A stretch of DNA of 36,549 nucleotides from a virus (taxonomy: Duplodnaviria; Caudoviricetes): positions 1 through 36,549 of the IMG/VR virus record IMGVR_UViG_3300010155_000029; one strand, written 5' to 3'. The position numbers and the translations under genes are program-made. Numbering within the stretch: position 1 is the stretch's first letter; the number at the start of each line of letters is the position of its first letter. Below, piece by piece: positions 7,766-17,367 of this stretch. Under the pieces are notes generated by a model. That model was not told the DNA's origin. It worked only from the letters and a program-made list of their open reading frames with translations, and made no database searches.

Positions 7766-10153
7766 ATGGCAGAGTCTGTTGTAAAGAATTTCCCTTCGCA
7801 AGCAGTTAGTGATTTAGAGAAAATGACCCACGAATATGGGTTGAAGGTAGCTAGGGCTATCGAACATGAGTGGTTCTCTGGAACTACATCTAAATATGGA
7901 GGTAATATAAATAATTTCCATAGTTTAAGATTGTATGCTAGAGGGGAGCAGCCTGTGCAGAAGTATAAGAATGAGTTATCTATAAATGGGGATTTATCGT
8001 ATTTAAACTTAGATTGGAAACCTGTACCTATTGTACCGAAATTTGTAGACATAGTTGTTAACGGTATGGCTCAGAGAGCTTATGATGTTAAAGCTTATTC
8101 TCAAGACTCTTATGGTATCAGTAAGAGAACTGAGTATATGGATTCTATGCTACAAGATATGCGAGCTAAGGAGTTTAATGACGCGGCCGAGCAGAGTCTC
8201 AATATGAATCTATATAGTAATGATAAAGACTTACTACCTGATACTGAGGAAGAGTTAGCTTTACATATGCAACTCGATTATAAGCAAGCTGTGGAGTTGG
8301 CAGAAGAGCAAGCTATAAATGTATTAATGGAAGGTAGTAAGTTCGACCTCATTAAGAGAAGAACTATATACGACTTGGCTACTATAGGTATCGGTGCTAC
8401 TAAAACTACGTTTGACTGGAGCGAAGGAGCTAGAGTACAATATGTTGATCCAGCTAGCTTGGTTTACTCGTACACTGAGTCTCCATATTTTGAAGATATA
8501 TATTATGTGGGTGAAGTTAAGGAGATTCCAATTAATGAATTAGTAAAAGAATTTCCAAATCTACCAGAATCTGAAATCTATGAAATTGTAGAAGGATCTA
8601 AAGGTTCCGCTAAGTTGGTTAATAGTTCTGGTGGCGATAAGAATAAAGTTAGTGTACTGTATTTTAACTACAAGACACATAAGAATAACACTTACAAAGT
8701 AAAAGAAACTGGTACTGGCGCGGATAAGATCATAGAGAAAGATGATACTTTTAATCCACCAACTGATATGGATGGCAATTTCTCTAAACTCGAAAGAGTT
8801 ATGGAATGCTTATATGAAGGTGTACTGGTCTTAGGTACTGATAAGTTATTAAAATGGGAGATGGCTAAGAATATGCTTAGGTCAAAATCCAATTTTGATA
8901 AGGTTAAAATGAATTACAGTATCGTTGCACCTAGAATGTACAATGGTAAGATAGAGTCTATAGTTAGTAGGATAACAGGGTTTGCTGATATGATTCAGTT
9001 GACCCATTTAAAACTTCAACAAGTTCTTTCTCGTATGGTTCCAGATGGTGTCTACTTAGATGCTGATGGTTTAGCTGAGATTGATCTTGGTAATGGTACG
9101 AACTATTCTCCCCAAGAAGCTTTAAATATGTTCTTCCAGACAGGTTCTGTTATTGGTAGATCATTTACTTCAGAAGGAGATCAAAACCCTGGGAAAGTAC
9201 CTATTCAGCAGATTCAGAATGGAGCAGGTAGTAATAAACTACAAAGTCTTATACAGACTTATAACTACTACTTACAAATGATCCGTGATGTGACTGGTCT
9301 TAATGAAGCTAGAGATGCATCGACTCCAGATAAGAATGCTTTAGTAGGTATTCAAAAGTTAGCAGCGGCTAATTCTAATACAGCAACTCGTCATATACTA
9401 CAGTCTATGTTGTTATTAACAGCTGAAACAGCGGAAGCTTTATCTTTAAGAATCTCAGATATTATAGAATACTCTCCAACGAGGGAAGCATTTATCCAAT
9501 CTATTGGAGCTCACAATGTAGCTACGCTAGAAGAGATGAATGAACTACATTTATATGACTTCGGTATATTTATAGAGTTAATGCCTGATGACGAAGAGAA
9601 ACAGATCTTAGAGAATAATATACAAGTAGCTTTAGCTCAGAAGTTAATAGATTTAGACGATGCAATTGATCTTAGAGATGTTAGAAATGTTAAGTTGGCA
9701 AATCAGTTACTTAAGATTAAGAGGAAGAAGAAACTCGAGAGAGATCAAGCGATGCAACAGCAAAATATCCAAGCTCAATCTCAAGCTAACATACAAGCTC
9801 AACAAGCGGCTGCTCAAGCTGAAACTCAAAAGGAAGAGGCTAAAGCTCAGATAGAATCTCAGTTAGAACAAACTAAGAGTCAAATGAAGATTGAGTACTT
9901 AAAACAAGAGGCTCTAGTGAAAAAGGAATTAATGGATCACGAGTTCCAGTTGAATATGCAACTTAGAGGCATGGAGAATGAGATTATAGATAAGAGAGAT
10001 AATAATAGAGAGGATAGAAAAGATCAACGTATAGATAAACAAGCTGAAAATCAGCAAGCAATAAAAAAGGGTGAATCACTTAAAAAGTTCGAGTCTTCAG
10101 GTAATGATATAATTGGAGGTGGACTAGGATTAGAAAGGTTCAACCCTAGATAG
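7766..10153 (+). CDS. portal protein
   Basis: 795 aa directly after TerL; PIVPKFVDIVVNG, IRDVTGLNEARD; Q-rich C-terminal coiled coil. Confidence 0.85.
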   Translation: MAESVVKNFPSQAVSDLEKMTHEYGLKVARAIEHEWFSGTTSKYGGNINNFHSLRLYARGEQPVQKYKNELSINGDLSYLNLDWKPVPIVPKFVDIVVNGMAQRAYDVKAYSQDSYGISKRTEYMDSMLQDMRAKEFNDAAEQSLNMNLYSNDKDLLPDTEEELALHMQLDYKQAVELAEEQAINVLMEGSKFDLIKRRTIYDLATIGIGATKTTFDWSEGARVQYVDPASLVYSYTESPYFEDIYYVGEVKEIPINELVKEFPNLPESEIYEIVEGSKGSAKLVNSSGGDKNKVSVLYFNYKTHKNNTYKVKETGTGADKIIEKDDTFNPPTDMDGNFSKLERVMECLYEGVLVLGTDKLLKWEMAKNMLRSKSNFDKVKMNYSIVAPRMYNGKIESIVSRITGFADMIQLTHLKLQQVLSRMVPDGVYLDADGLAEIDLGNGTNYSPQEALNMFFQTGSVIGRSFTSEGDQNPGKVPIQQIQNGAGSNKLQSLIQTYNYYLQMIRDVTGLNEARDASTPDKNALVGIQKLAAANSNTATRHILQSMLLLTAETAEALSLRISDIIEYSPTREAFIQSIGAHNVATLEEMNELHLYDFGIFIELMPDDEEKQILENNIQVALAQKLIDLDDAIDLRDVRNVKLANQLLKIKRKKKLERDQAMQQQNIQAQSQANIQAQQAAAQAETQKEEAKAQIESQLEQTKSQMKIEYLKQEALVKKELMDHEFQLNMQLRGMENEIIDKRDNNREDRKDQRIDKQAENQQAIKKGESLKKFESSGNDIIGGGLGLERFNPR

Positions 10154-10178
10154 TTTTTTAATTTTATAATATTTTATT

Positions 10179-11324
10179 ATGGCAGAAGAACAAGATAATG
10201 TCACGAAAGTAAAGCTTAGCTCGACTTCAGTGGAAGATGACGTAATCAAGGTGGATCTAAGTAAACCACCAACCCAAGAAAAAGAAGAAGAAGAAGAGAA
10301 GATCGTAGAAGAAGAGGTGGTTGAAGTTGAAGAGTCTAAAACTGAAGAAGTAGTCGAAGAAGTTACAGGAGAGCCTGAAACAGAAGTGATTGCAGAGGTA
10401 GAAGATACCGTGTTAGAAGAAATTACTGATGAAGAGGTTGAGGAAGTAGAAGAGCGAGTTGAAGAGGCGATAGCTGAAGCACAAGCCACTGGAAAACCTT
10501 TACCTGAGAATATCCAAAAACTAGTGGACTTCATAGAGGATACTGGTGGAGATTTAAATGACTACGTGAACTTAAATAGGGATGTATCTAAATTAGATGA
10601 CTCCGAAGTACTTGATGAGTACTATAAGAAAACCAAATCCCATTTATCCGCTGAAGAGAGGAACTTTTTGTTAGAAGACAAATATGGTTTCGACGAAGAT
10701 GTGGATGATGACAGAACAATAAGATCAAAGAAAATCGCTTTGAAAGAGCAAGTTGCTGAAGCGAAAGCCTATCTAGACGGGCAAAAGTCTAAATATTACG
10801 AAGAGATTAAAGCTGGAAGTAAGCTCACGAGTGAGCAGCAAAAAGCAATTGATTTCTTCAATCGTTACAATAAGGAATCTGAAGAGACTAAGAAGCTATC
10901 TGATTCTAACAAGCAAGTTTTTCAACAAAAAACTAACAATCTATTCAACGACAAGTTCAAAGGTTTTGACTATAGTGTCGGAGATAAGAAATACAGGTTT
11001 AATGTTAAGAACGCAGACGATGTTAAGAATACCCAAAGTAATATCAACAATTTTGTGGACAAGTTTGTCGGTGAAAATGGAGAGATGAAAGACGCTAAGG
11101 GTTATCACAAGTCTTTATTTACAGCAATGAACGCCGATGCTATCGCTCAACATTTTTATGAGCAAGGGAAAGCAGATGCAATCAAAGATACTGTAGCTAA
11201 AGGTAAGAACATTAATGTCGGGGCTCGTGGCACTCACGGTGAAACAAATGTGGGTGGTATGAAAGTTAGAGTGTTAGGTGAAGACTCAAATGATTTTAAA
11301 TTCAAAATTAGGAAAAAGAAATAA
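10179..11324 (+). CDS. capsid scaffolding protein
   Basis: Very acidic E/V-rich N-terminus, helical core, basic tip; lies between portal and capsid genes. Confidence 0.7.
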   Translation: MAEEQDNVTKVKLSSTSVEDDVIKVDLSKPPTQEKEEEEEKIVEEEVVEVEESKTEEVVEEVTGEPETEVIAEVEDTVLEEITDEEVEEVEERVEEAIAEAQATGKPLPENIQKLVDFIEDTGGDLNDYVNLNRDVSKLDDSEVLDEYYKKTKSHLSAEERNFLLEDKYGFDEDVDDDRTIRSKKIALKEQVAEAKAYLDGQKSKYYEEIKAGSKLTSEQQKAIDFFNRYNKESEETKKLSDSNKQVFQQKTNNLFNDKFKGFDYSVGDKKYRFNVKNADDVKNTQSNINNFVDKFVGENGEMKDAKGYHKSLFTAMNADAIAQHFYEQGKADAIKDTVAKGKNINVGARGTHGETNVGGMKVRVLGEDSNDFKFKIRKKK

Positions 11325-11347
11325 TTAAAACTTTAAATTAAAAAATT

Positions 11348-12754
11348 ATGGCAATTACAGGGAATTATACCCCAGCTCCGGCGGCTGTTAAACAAGCTGC
11401 TCCGGGCAATTATTTAGATTTCACTACGCAGAGCACATCTGCTGCGGATCTAAACTGGGCACAACAATACGTACCAGATTTGGTAGCAAAAGAATCTGAG
11501 GTTTTTGGAAATAGAAGCGTAGCAGGATTCTTATCAAAAGTCGGAGCTGAAGAGGCTATGGCTGCTGATCAAGTGGTTTGGTCTGAGCAAGGTAGATTAC
11601 ACTTATCTTATCAAGGTGATATTTCTGGTGAAACAATTATTATCGATAAAGACACTGATAATACACCTGTCACTGGTCAATGCGGTGTTAGAGCAGGTGA
11701 TATGATTGTAGTATCTGATGCCACACATACGGCTAAGTGTTTTGTTATAAGCGTGTCGGGTCTTACTTTGACAGTTAAACCTTATACTGCTGCTGATTTA
11801 GCGGGTGCGAGTCTATCTGGAGAAGTTCAAGTTATGGTTTTTGGTTCTGAGTACGTTAAAGGATCTGTTGGTAGAGATTCAGTGAACACACCTGGATTCA
11901 AATCATTCTCTAACAACCCTATCATTCTTAAGGATAAGTACGAAGTTTCTGGATCTGATGCTTCACAAGTAGGTTGGGTTGAAGTTACAGGTGAGGAAGG
12001 TCAGAACGGGTACTTATGGTATCTAAAAGCTTCTGGTGATACTAGAGCAAGGTTCAATGATTATCTAGAGATGGCGATGATTGAGTCTGAAAAAGCAACA
12101 GGCACAGCTCCAGCGGCTACACAAACGGATGCTACTGGTGATATTAAAGGTACTGAAGGTTTATTCGCAGCTATTAACGATAGAGGTAATACTACGGCTG
12201 ATGCTTTAAGTATGGATACTTTTGATCTTATACTTAAGGAGTTCGATAAGAACGGTGCTATTGAGGAGAATATGATGTTCTTGGATAGAACTGAAGCTCT
12301 AGCTGTTGATGACATGTTAGCAGGTATGAATAATCATGGGGCTGATGGTGGTACTTCTTACGGTGTATTTGATAATGATGCAGATATGGCTATAAACCTA
12401 GGTTTCTCAGGATTCCGCAGAGGTTCTTATGATTTCTACAAGTCTGACTGGAAATACCTAAATGATTTAGCTACTCGTGGAATTATCAATGCTGATAATT
12501 CTGCCGCGGTTAGAGGTGTTGTAATCCCAGCTGGTGTATCTAGTGTTTATGATCAGAGTTTAGGTAAAAACCTAAAACGTCCTTTCTTACACGTGAGATA
12601 TAGAGCTTCACAAACTGAGTCTCGTAAGTACAAGACATGGACTACTGGTTCTGTTGGTGCTGTTACTTCTGATTTAGATATGATGGAGATACATTATCTT
12701 TCTGAAAGATGTTTGGTAGTTCAAGGAGCTAATAACTTCTTATTACTTAATTAA
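11348..12754 (+). CDS. major capsid protein
   Basis: 468 aa after the scaffold, followed by a terminator; WSEQGRLH, GTEGLFAAI, GFSGFRRGSYDFYK segments typical of these capsids. Confidence 0.85.
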   Translation: MAITGNYTPAPAAVKQAAPGNYLDFTTQSTSAADLNWAQQYVPDLVAKESEVFGNRSVAGFLSKVGAEEAMAADQVVWSEQGRLHLSYQGDISGETIIIDKDTDNTPVTGQCGVRAGDMIVVSDATHTAKCFVISVSGLTLTVKPYTAADLAGASLSGEVQVMVFGSEYVKGSVGRDSVNTPGFKSFSNNPIILKDKYEVSGSDASQVGWVEVTGEEGQNGYLWYLKASGDTRARFNDYLEMAMIESEKATGTAPAATQTDATGDIKGTEGLFAAINDRGNTTADALSMDTFDLILKEFDKNGAIEENMMFLDRTEALAVDDMLAGMNNHGADGGTSYGVFDNDADMAINLGFSGFRRGSYDFYKSDWKYLNDLATRGIINADNSAAVRGVVIPAGVSSVYDQSLGKNLKRPFLHVRYRASQTESRKYKTWTTGSVGAVTSDLDMMEIHYLSERCLVVQGANNFLLLN

Positions 12755-12757
12755 TAT

Positions 12758-12790
12758 AAGTTGGGGCTTTGGCCCCATCTTCTTTTTTAA
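12758..12790 (+). terminator. intrinsic terminator after the capsid gene
   Basis: TGGGGC-TTTG-GCCCCA hairpin followed by TCTTCTTTTTT. Confidence 0.8.
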
Positions 12791-12807
12791 TTTTATTATA
12801 TTATATT

Positions 12808-13641
12808 ATGGCAAAGAAAAAACAAACTACAAAAGTAGTAGAGCAAGAGTTGGTTGAAGTAATGGAACAACCTATTGTAGAGACACAAAAAACTGAGGTC
12901 ACTAAAAAACCTACAACCCCAGATTGGGAAATAAAAGATAGGGTCTATGTACTAACTAATGGTAAAAGCCCTTTAAGTGCTATTATAAAGTCTAGCGGTA
13001 TATTCTGGTTTGATAAACAGAAGGGCTACGAAAGAGAAATCAGAGTTACTAAGAATCAGAGAACTCCTTTTGTTGATGAGTTTATGGGTACAATTTTACC
13101 AGAAGCGATTATATTTAGGAATGGTACCTTATCTGTCCCTAAAAATAAAGTTATACTACAAAAAATTCTATCTCTATATCACCCACACAGTGGCATTAGA
13201 TTCGAAGAGGTTAATAAAGTAGAAGAAGCTAAAGATGATTTACAGTACTTAAACTTAGAACTAGAAGCAATGAATGCTGCGGTTGGTTTAGATATTGATA
13301 TGGCTGAAGCAGTTATGCGTGCAGAGATTGGATCTAAAGTATCTAGCATGAGTTCTAAAGAACTTAAACGAGATTTACTTGTATTCGCTAAAAGAAATCC
13401 TGATCTATTCTTAGACTTAATGAATGATGACAATATCCATTTAAGGAATGTTGGTATCAAAGCCACAGAATTAGGGATCGTTAAATTATCTGGAGATAAC
13501 AGAACCTTTTTATGGGGAACTAACGACAGAAAATTAATGACTGTTCCATTTGATGAACACCCATATTCAGCATTAGCCTCATGGTTTAAGACTGACGAAG
13601 GTATGGAAGTTTTAAACTCTATCGAAAAGAGGTTAGGATAA
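12808..13641 (+). CDS. hypothetical protein following the capsid gene (277 aa)
   Basis: ATG at 12808 preferred because the track start at 12769 lies inside the terminator hairpin. Confidence 0.75.
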   Translation: MAKKKQTTKVVEQELVEVMEQPIVETQKTEVTKKPTTPDWEIKDRVYVLTNGKSPLSAIIKSSGIFWFDKQKGYEREIRVTKNQRTPFVDEFMGTILPEAIIFRNGTLSVPKNKVILQKILSLYHPHSGIRFEEVNKVEEAKDDLQYLNLELEAMNAAVGLDIDMAEAVMRAEIGSKVSSMSSKELKRDLLVFAKRNPDLFLDLMNDDNIHLRNVGIKATELGIVKLSGDNRTFLWGTNDRKLMTVPFDEHPYSALASWFKTDEGMEVLNSIEKRLG

Positions 13642-13662
13642 AATACAATTAACTATAAATTT

Positions 13663-13694
13663 ATAGCCATCCAACTCGGGTGGCTATTTTTTTT
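13663..13694 (+). terminator. intrinsic terminator
   Basis: ATAGCCATCC-AACTC-GGGTGGCTAT stem-loop followed by a T-run. Confidence 0.85.
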
Positions 13695-13711
13695 AACTAT
13701 ACTTTTAATTG

Positions 13712-13720
13712 TGTAATATT
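13712..13720 (+). promoter_or_regulatory. putative late-promoter motif, copy 2
   Basis: TGTAATATT shortly after the terminator, upstream of 13787. Confidence 0.45.
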
Positions 13721-13786
13721 CTAAGTGAGGGCTTGTTCCTTTATTCCTCATTAGGTTGAGTTTTAATAATTGTAAACAAAACAAAA

Positions 13787-14050
13787 ATGGCTTATTCAAA
13801 TTTAACAAATCCTGGTAACTACCAGTTAGCGGCTTTCGGGCAAAAGGGTTTTGAGCATTTAACAGGTGTTCAATCTGCGACAGGTGGTAACTATAATGCA
13901 ATCCAAGTATTAGCTGAAGCTTCATTAACGGTTACAGCATCTAATGGTGATAGTTTACCAAACGTAACTGTACCAACTGGTATGACTATTGTTGGGAAGT
14001 TCACAGCTGTAAGTATAGCTTCAGGTACAGTACTAGCTTATCACGGGTAA
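13787..14050 (+). CDS. small beta-rich putative virion accessory protein
   Basis: 87 aa, A/G/T/V-rich, first gene of the cassette. Confidence 0.65.
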   Translation: MAYSNLTNPGNYQLAAFGQKGFEHLTGVQSATGGNYNAIQVLAEASLTVTASNGDSLPNVTVPTGMTIVGKFTAVSIASGTVLAYHG

Positions 14051-14053
14051 GCC

Positions 14054-16720
14054 ATGTTAGGTTTAGGAACACTAAGCTTAATAGCTAGTAGGGTAGGATC
14101 TTTTGTAAAAAGTATCGTCACCAATGGGTTAAAGGTGTGGTTATCTTTCGATAAGAGTGAGATTTCTGGGGAGGAATTGGTGGTTAATGGAGATTTTAGT
14201 GATGGAACAACAGGTTGGGGTAGTAATTCAGCAACAACTTTATCAGTATCTAACGGCAAATTGGATGTACAAAGTTCGGGGGGTTATTTAGATTATGGTA
14301 TTGCTTTTTCAGAAGTTAATTTTGAATTAGGGAAACAATATATAATTCAATTAACTGTTATTTCTTGTGATGTTCCTGATTTTATTAGAGTTGGTGGCAA
14401 CAATTCTACCACGGACACGCAGCCTGGCACTGATATTTGGAGCAGTGGGGATATTGGTGTTGGTACTCATAGCATAGTATATGTTCCTTCTCAAAACTTC
14501 ACTTACTTAGCGATAGGTGGAAGAAACGATGTAACTACCTTAGTGGTAGACAACGTATCAGTCAAACAAATAACGCCACCTGTCGGCCAATTCGCACCTG
14601 ATATATCGAGCAACTCGAATAGTGCGAAGTTATTTACGGGGAAGGCACTTAGCTTTGATGGGAATTGCGATGTGGATTTGGATGCTACACCACTATCTAC
14701 ACTTACTGAAGGGACAATAGTTGCGTATTTTAAAACCTCGAGTGACGCCCGTAGTACAATCTTCTCAGTTTCCGAAGACAGCGAGCATAGTGTAGAATTT
14801 GAGTTAGGCTTGAGTTTTTCAGGACAACTAGGAATTTTAAATAGGACAACTTCTGGAGCAGAATTACAATTTTACACAGACGATTATTATAATGATGGGC
14901 AATTTCATAGGGTAGTATTCTCTGTTAATTCATTAGGAAATACCTTGTATGTGGATGGTGAGGCAGTGGGGGTAACTTATATAGATGGCTCAAGTGCAAC
15001 AACAAACTTCTTTAGTTCTATTTCCGCAAATACAGCTGGTATAGGTGCAAACGAGGATGATGGTGGTAAGCAATGGTTTTTTGATGGAACTTTAGCAGAC
15101 GTACAAATATACAATTCGGCTTGGACTGCTGCAGATGTAACCTACGATTATAACAATCCTCAAAACTTAGTAACGGATAATCCAGTATCGAGTATAACTT
15201 TATCCAATCTTAAAGGCTATTGGCACTTGAGTGAGGGTGATGGTGATTACGCTTACAATAGTGCGATTGCTTTGGGTTCTGAGAAAGTTGCAAACGGTGA
15301 TTTCGAAGAATTAGGTAGTGAGTTGGTGAGCGACAATTTTACCGGATGGACATTAGAAAATGCCGTAGGTGTGTTCACTATAAATGCCAACGGAAGTCTA
15401 ACATACGCTGACGGTAATGAATCGGAATATTCGACCGCTAAAAGTTCCGTGGTCACAGAAATAGGTAAATCTTACTTTGTTAATATTGAAGGAAGTGGAA
15501 GCGGAACCGGCGTTGCTTTATATGTCGAAGGAGTTGGAACGCAAGGCTCTATTGGCTACTTTAATAGTGCAACATACACATTCACGGCAGTAGATACAAG
15601 CACAAGTATTTGGATTTTTCGATTTCAAAATCACAACGGTTCTGGTACATTGGATTCAATATCCGTCAAACGATATGATCCGAATGATCGGTGGGGCGAT
15701 GGGGTAGGCGCAACACATAAATTTGAGGATGGAAAATTGGTGATGTCGTCGGGTACAACCCAAAATGCGTTGTCGACAACAGATTGTACCGGGACGGAGG
15801 GGAAATTTTATACGTTAACACAAAATGCAAGTGATTTTGTAGGAACGAATAGTGGCTTCATTCGATTAGATGGAGATTATGTTTCTTCTAACATCATTTC
15901 GTTCACACAAGCCAGTTCATCGGTAACATTTAGGGCGTATCGAGATTTCACGTTCATAGGATACTACGCTGATACTTCCAATACATCCATAACCCTCGAC
16001 AACGTCTCATTAAAAGAGGTTTCAGCAGGAGAAATCAGCGGTACGGCTTGGGAAACGGCACAAGCTACAATACCTCAACTTGGTTTGATGGATTGGAGTA
16101 AGCCAACGATAGGTTCAGATGAGATTACTTTAATAGCAGACCCTAACAACCCATTAGAGGACATTTTAGGTAATTCTGTTCGCCTTAGAGAACTTAGTTT
16201 AAATTTAGATGGTTCGGGTTATGCTGAGGTCGCTGATGATGATTCGCTTAATTTCGGTACGGGTGATTTTACTTTAGAGTGTTGGATATATATGGGAGGT
16301 GGAGGTACAGGTACTCGTAGAATCATTGATAAGCGGGATTCGTCAAACGGTTATACATTATCGCTCGGTATATCTAATGATCTTGATTTAGAGTTAAACG
16401 ATGGAACGGGATATGGTTACTTTTCATTATCGAGTACTTTAATTGAGGACGAATGGTCTCATATTACTGTTGTAGGTGATAGAGGAGGAGATGCAACTTG
16501 CTTTATCAACGGAGTGGCAAAAACGCCTATAAGTATAGCAGGCAAATCAGGGAGCTTATCATCCTCTTCGTCTCTCTTCATTGGCACTGATGCCAATCCA
16601 CCTGGGGATATATACTATTCAACTGATTTAATAGACGATATACGAATCTACGACAGAGCGTTATCTTCCGATGAAATAAAACAAAACCACAACGCTACAA
16701 AGGGAGCACATAAAAATTAG
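14054..16720 (+). CDS. LamG/concanavalin A-like plus carbohydrate-binding-module virion protein (fibre or adhesin)
   Basis: Two LamG patterns (ALSFDG...ADVQIYN; LNLDG...FTLECWI...IDDIRIYDRALS) and three ELVxNGDF...DxVSVK-type CBM-like units. Confidence 0.8.
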   Translation: MLGLGTLSLIASRVGSFVKSIVTNGLKVWLSFDKSEISGEELVVNGDFSDGTTGWGSNSATTLSVSNGKLDVQSSGGYLDYGIAFSEVNFELGKQYIIQLTVISCDVPDFIRVGGNNSTTDTQPGTDIWSSGDIGVGTHSIVYVPSQNFTYLAIGGRNDVTTLVVDNVSVKQITPPVGQFAPDISSNSNSAKLFTGKALSFDGNCDVDLDATPLSTLTEGTIVAYFKTSSDARSTIFSVSEDSEHSVEFELGLSFSGQLGILNRTTSGAELQFYTDDYYNDGQFHRVVFSVNSLGNTLYVDGEAVGVTYIDGSSATTNFFSSISANTAGIGANEDDGGKQWFFDGTLADVQIYNSAWTAADVTYDYNNPQNLVTDNPVSSITLSNLKGYWHLSEGDGDYAYNSAIALGSEKVANGDFEELGSELVSDNFTGWTLENAVGVFTINANGSLTYADGNESEYSTAKSSVVTEIGKSYFVNIEGSGSGTGVALYVEGVGTQGSIGYFNSATYTFTAVDTSTSIWIFRFQNHNGSGTLDSISVKRYDPNDRWGDGVGATHKFEDGKLVMSSGTTQNALSTTDCTGTEGKFYTLTQNASDFVGTNSGFIRLDGDYVSSNIISFTQASSSVTFRAYRDFTFIGYYADTSNTSITLDNVSLKEVSAGEISGTAWETAQATIPQLGLMDWSKPTIGSDEITLIADPNNPLEDILGNSVRLRELSLNLDGSGYAEVADDDSLNFGTGDFTLECWIYMGGGGTGTRRIIDKRDSSNGYTLSLGISNDLDLELNDGTGYGYFSLSSTLIEDEWSHITVVGDRGGDATCFINGVAKTPISIAGKSGSLSSSSSLFIGTDANPPGDIYYSTDLIDDIRIYDRALSSDEIKQNHNATKGAHKN

Positions 16721-16723
16721 ATT

Positions 16724-17074
16724 ATGAGAGGAAATATATACATATGTTTAAACGAAGAAACGTACAACTCTGAAATTCCCGACCTACTATCAAGGTACAG
16801 GAGGGCGGAGTATGACGAAGAGGGTTCTTTGGTAGAACTACTACCTACAACTTTTGCTCAAATGGGTGAAGATAATACAAAGGCTTTCGGTAGGGTTATT
16901 AACCTTACTATTGATGGGATTAATTTCTATATCTTAGAGTTTGATGGTAGCTGGTTAAATGGTGAAGTATCCTACTTACTAAATTTAGGTGATGAGTTGG
17001 CTTATCCAAACAATTCTCTACTAACCCGCCAAGAAGCTAGGGAACTATTAAAGGAGAATACTGTAGAATTATAG
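16724..17074 (+). CDS. hypothetical acidic protein
   Basis: 116 aa, last gene of the LamG cassette. Confidence 0.7.
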   Translation: MRGNIYICLNEETYNSEIPDLLSRYRRAEYDEEGSLVELLPTTFAQMGEDNTKAFGRVINLTIDGINFYILEFDGSWLNGEVSYLLNLGDELAYPNNSLLTRQEARELLKENTVEL

Positions 17075-17102
17075 AATGTACTAATTGATCAAACATTTAT
17101 TT

Positions 17103-17136
17103 AATAGCCGTCTGTAATAAGGTGGCTATTTTTTTT
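17103..17136 (+). terminator. intrinsic terminator
   Basis: AATAGCCGTCT-GTAATA-AGGTGGCTATT followed by a T-run. Confidence 0.85.
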
Positions 17137-17163
17137 ATCTAATACTAACTCCTCACTTTAGTG

Positions 17164-17173
17164 TGTAACTATA
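17164..17173 (+). promoter_or_regulatory. putative late-promoter motif, copy 3
   Basis: TGTAACTATA after the terminator, about 20 nt upstream of the ATG at 17194. Confidence 0.5.
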
Positions 17174-17193
17174 ATATTGTAAAATAGTATGGT

Positions 17194-17367
17194 ATGAAAT
17201 CGAGAGGATTAGGAGATTCAATAGAGAAATTCATCGAGCTTACTGGTATAGAAACTCTAGTAGAGTTAGTTACCAAGGAAGAAGATTGTGGATGTAATAA
17301 AAGGAAGGCTTGGCTTAACAAGCAATTCCCATATAAATTAAAAGAAGATGGCGGTAGCAAACATTGA
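17194..17367 (+). CDS. small CGC-motif protein (57 aa), absent from the ORF track
   Basis: MKSRGLGDSIEKFIELTGIETLVELVTKEEDCGCNKRKAWLNKQFPY...; GLGD..CGCxxR pattern recognisable from aquatic phage microproteins; fills the gap after the promoter motif. Confidence 0.75.
   Translation: MKSRGLGDSIEKFIELTGIETLVELVTKEEDCGCNKRKAWLNKQFPYKLKEDGGSKH

Noticed and set aside
12740-12810. Programmed frameshift or readthrough extending the capsid protein
   Set aside because: No slippery heptamer at the gene end, and a terminator follows the TAA
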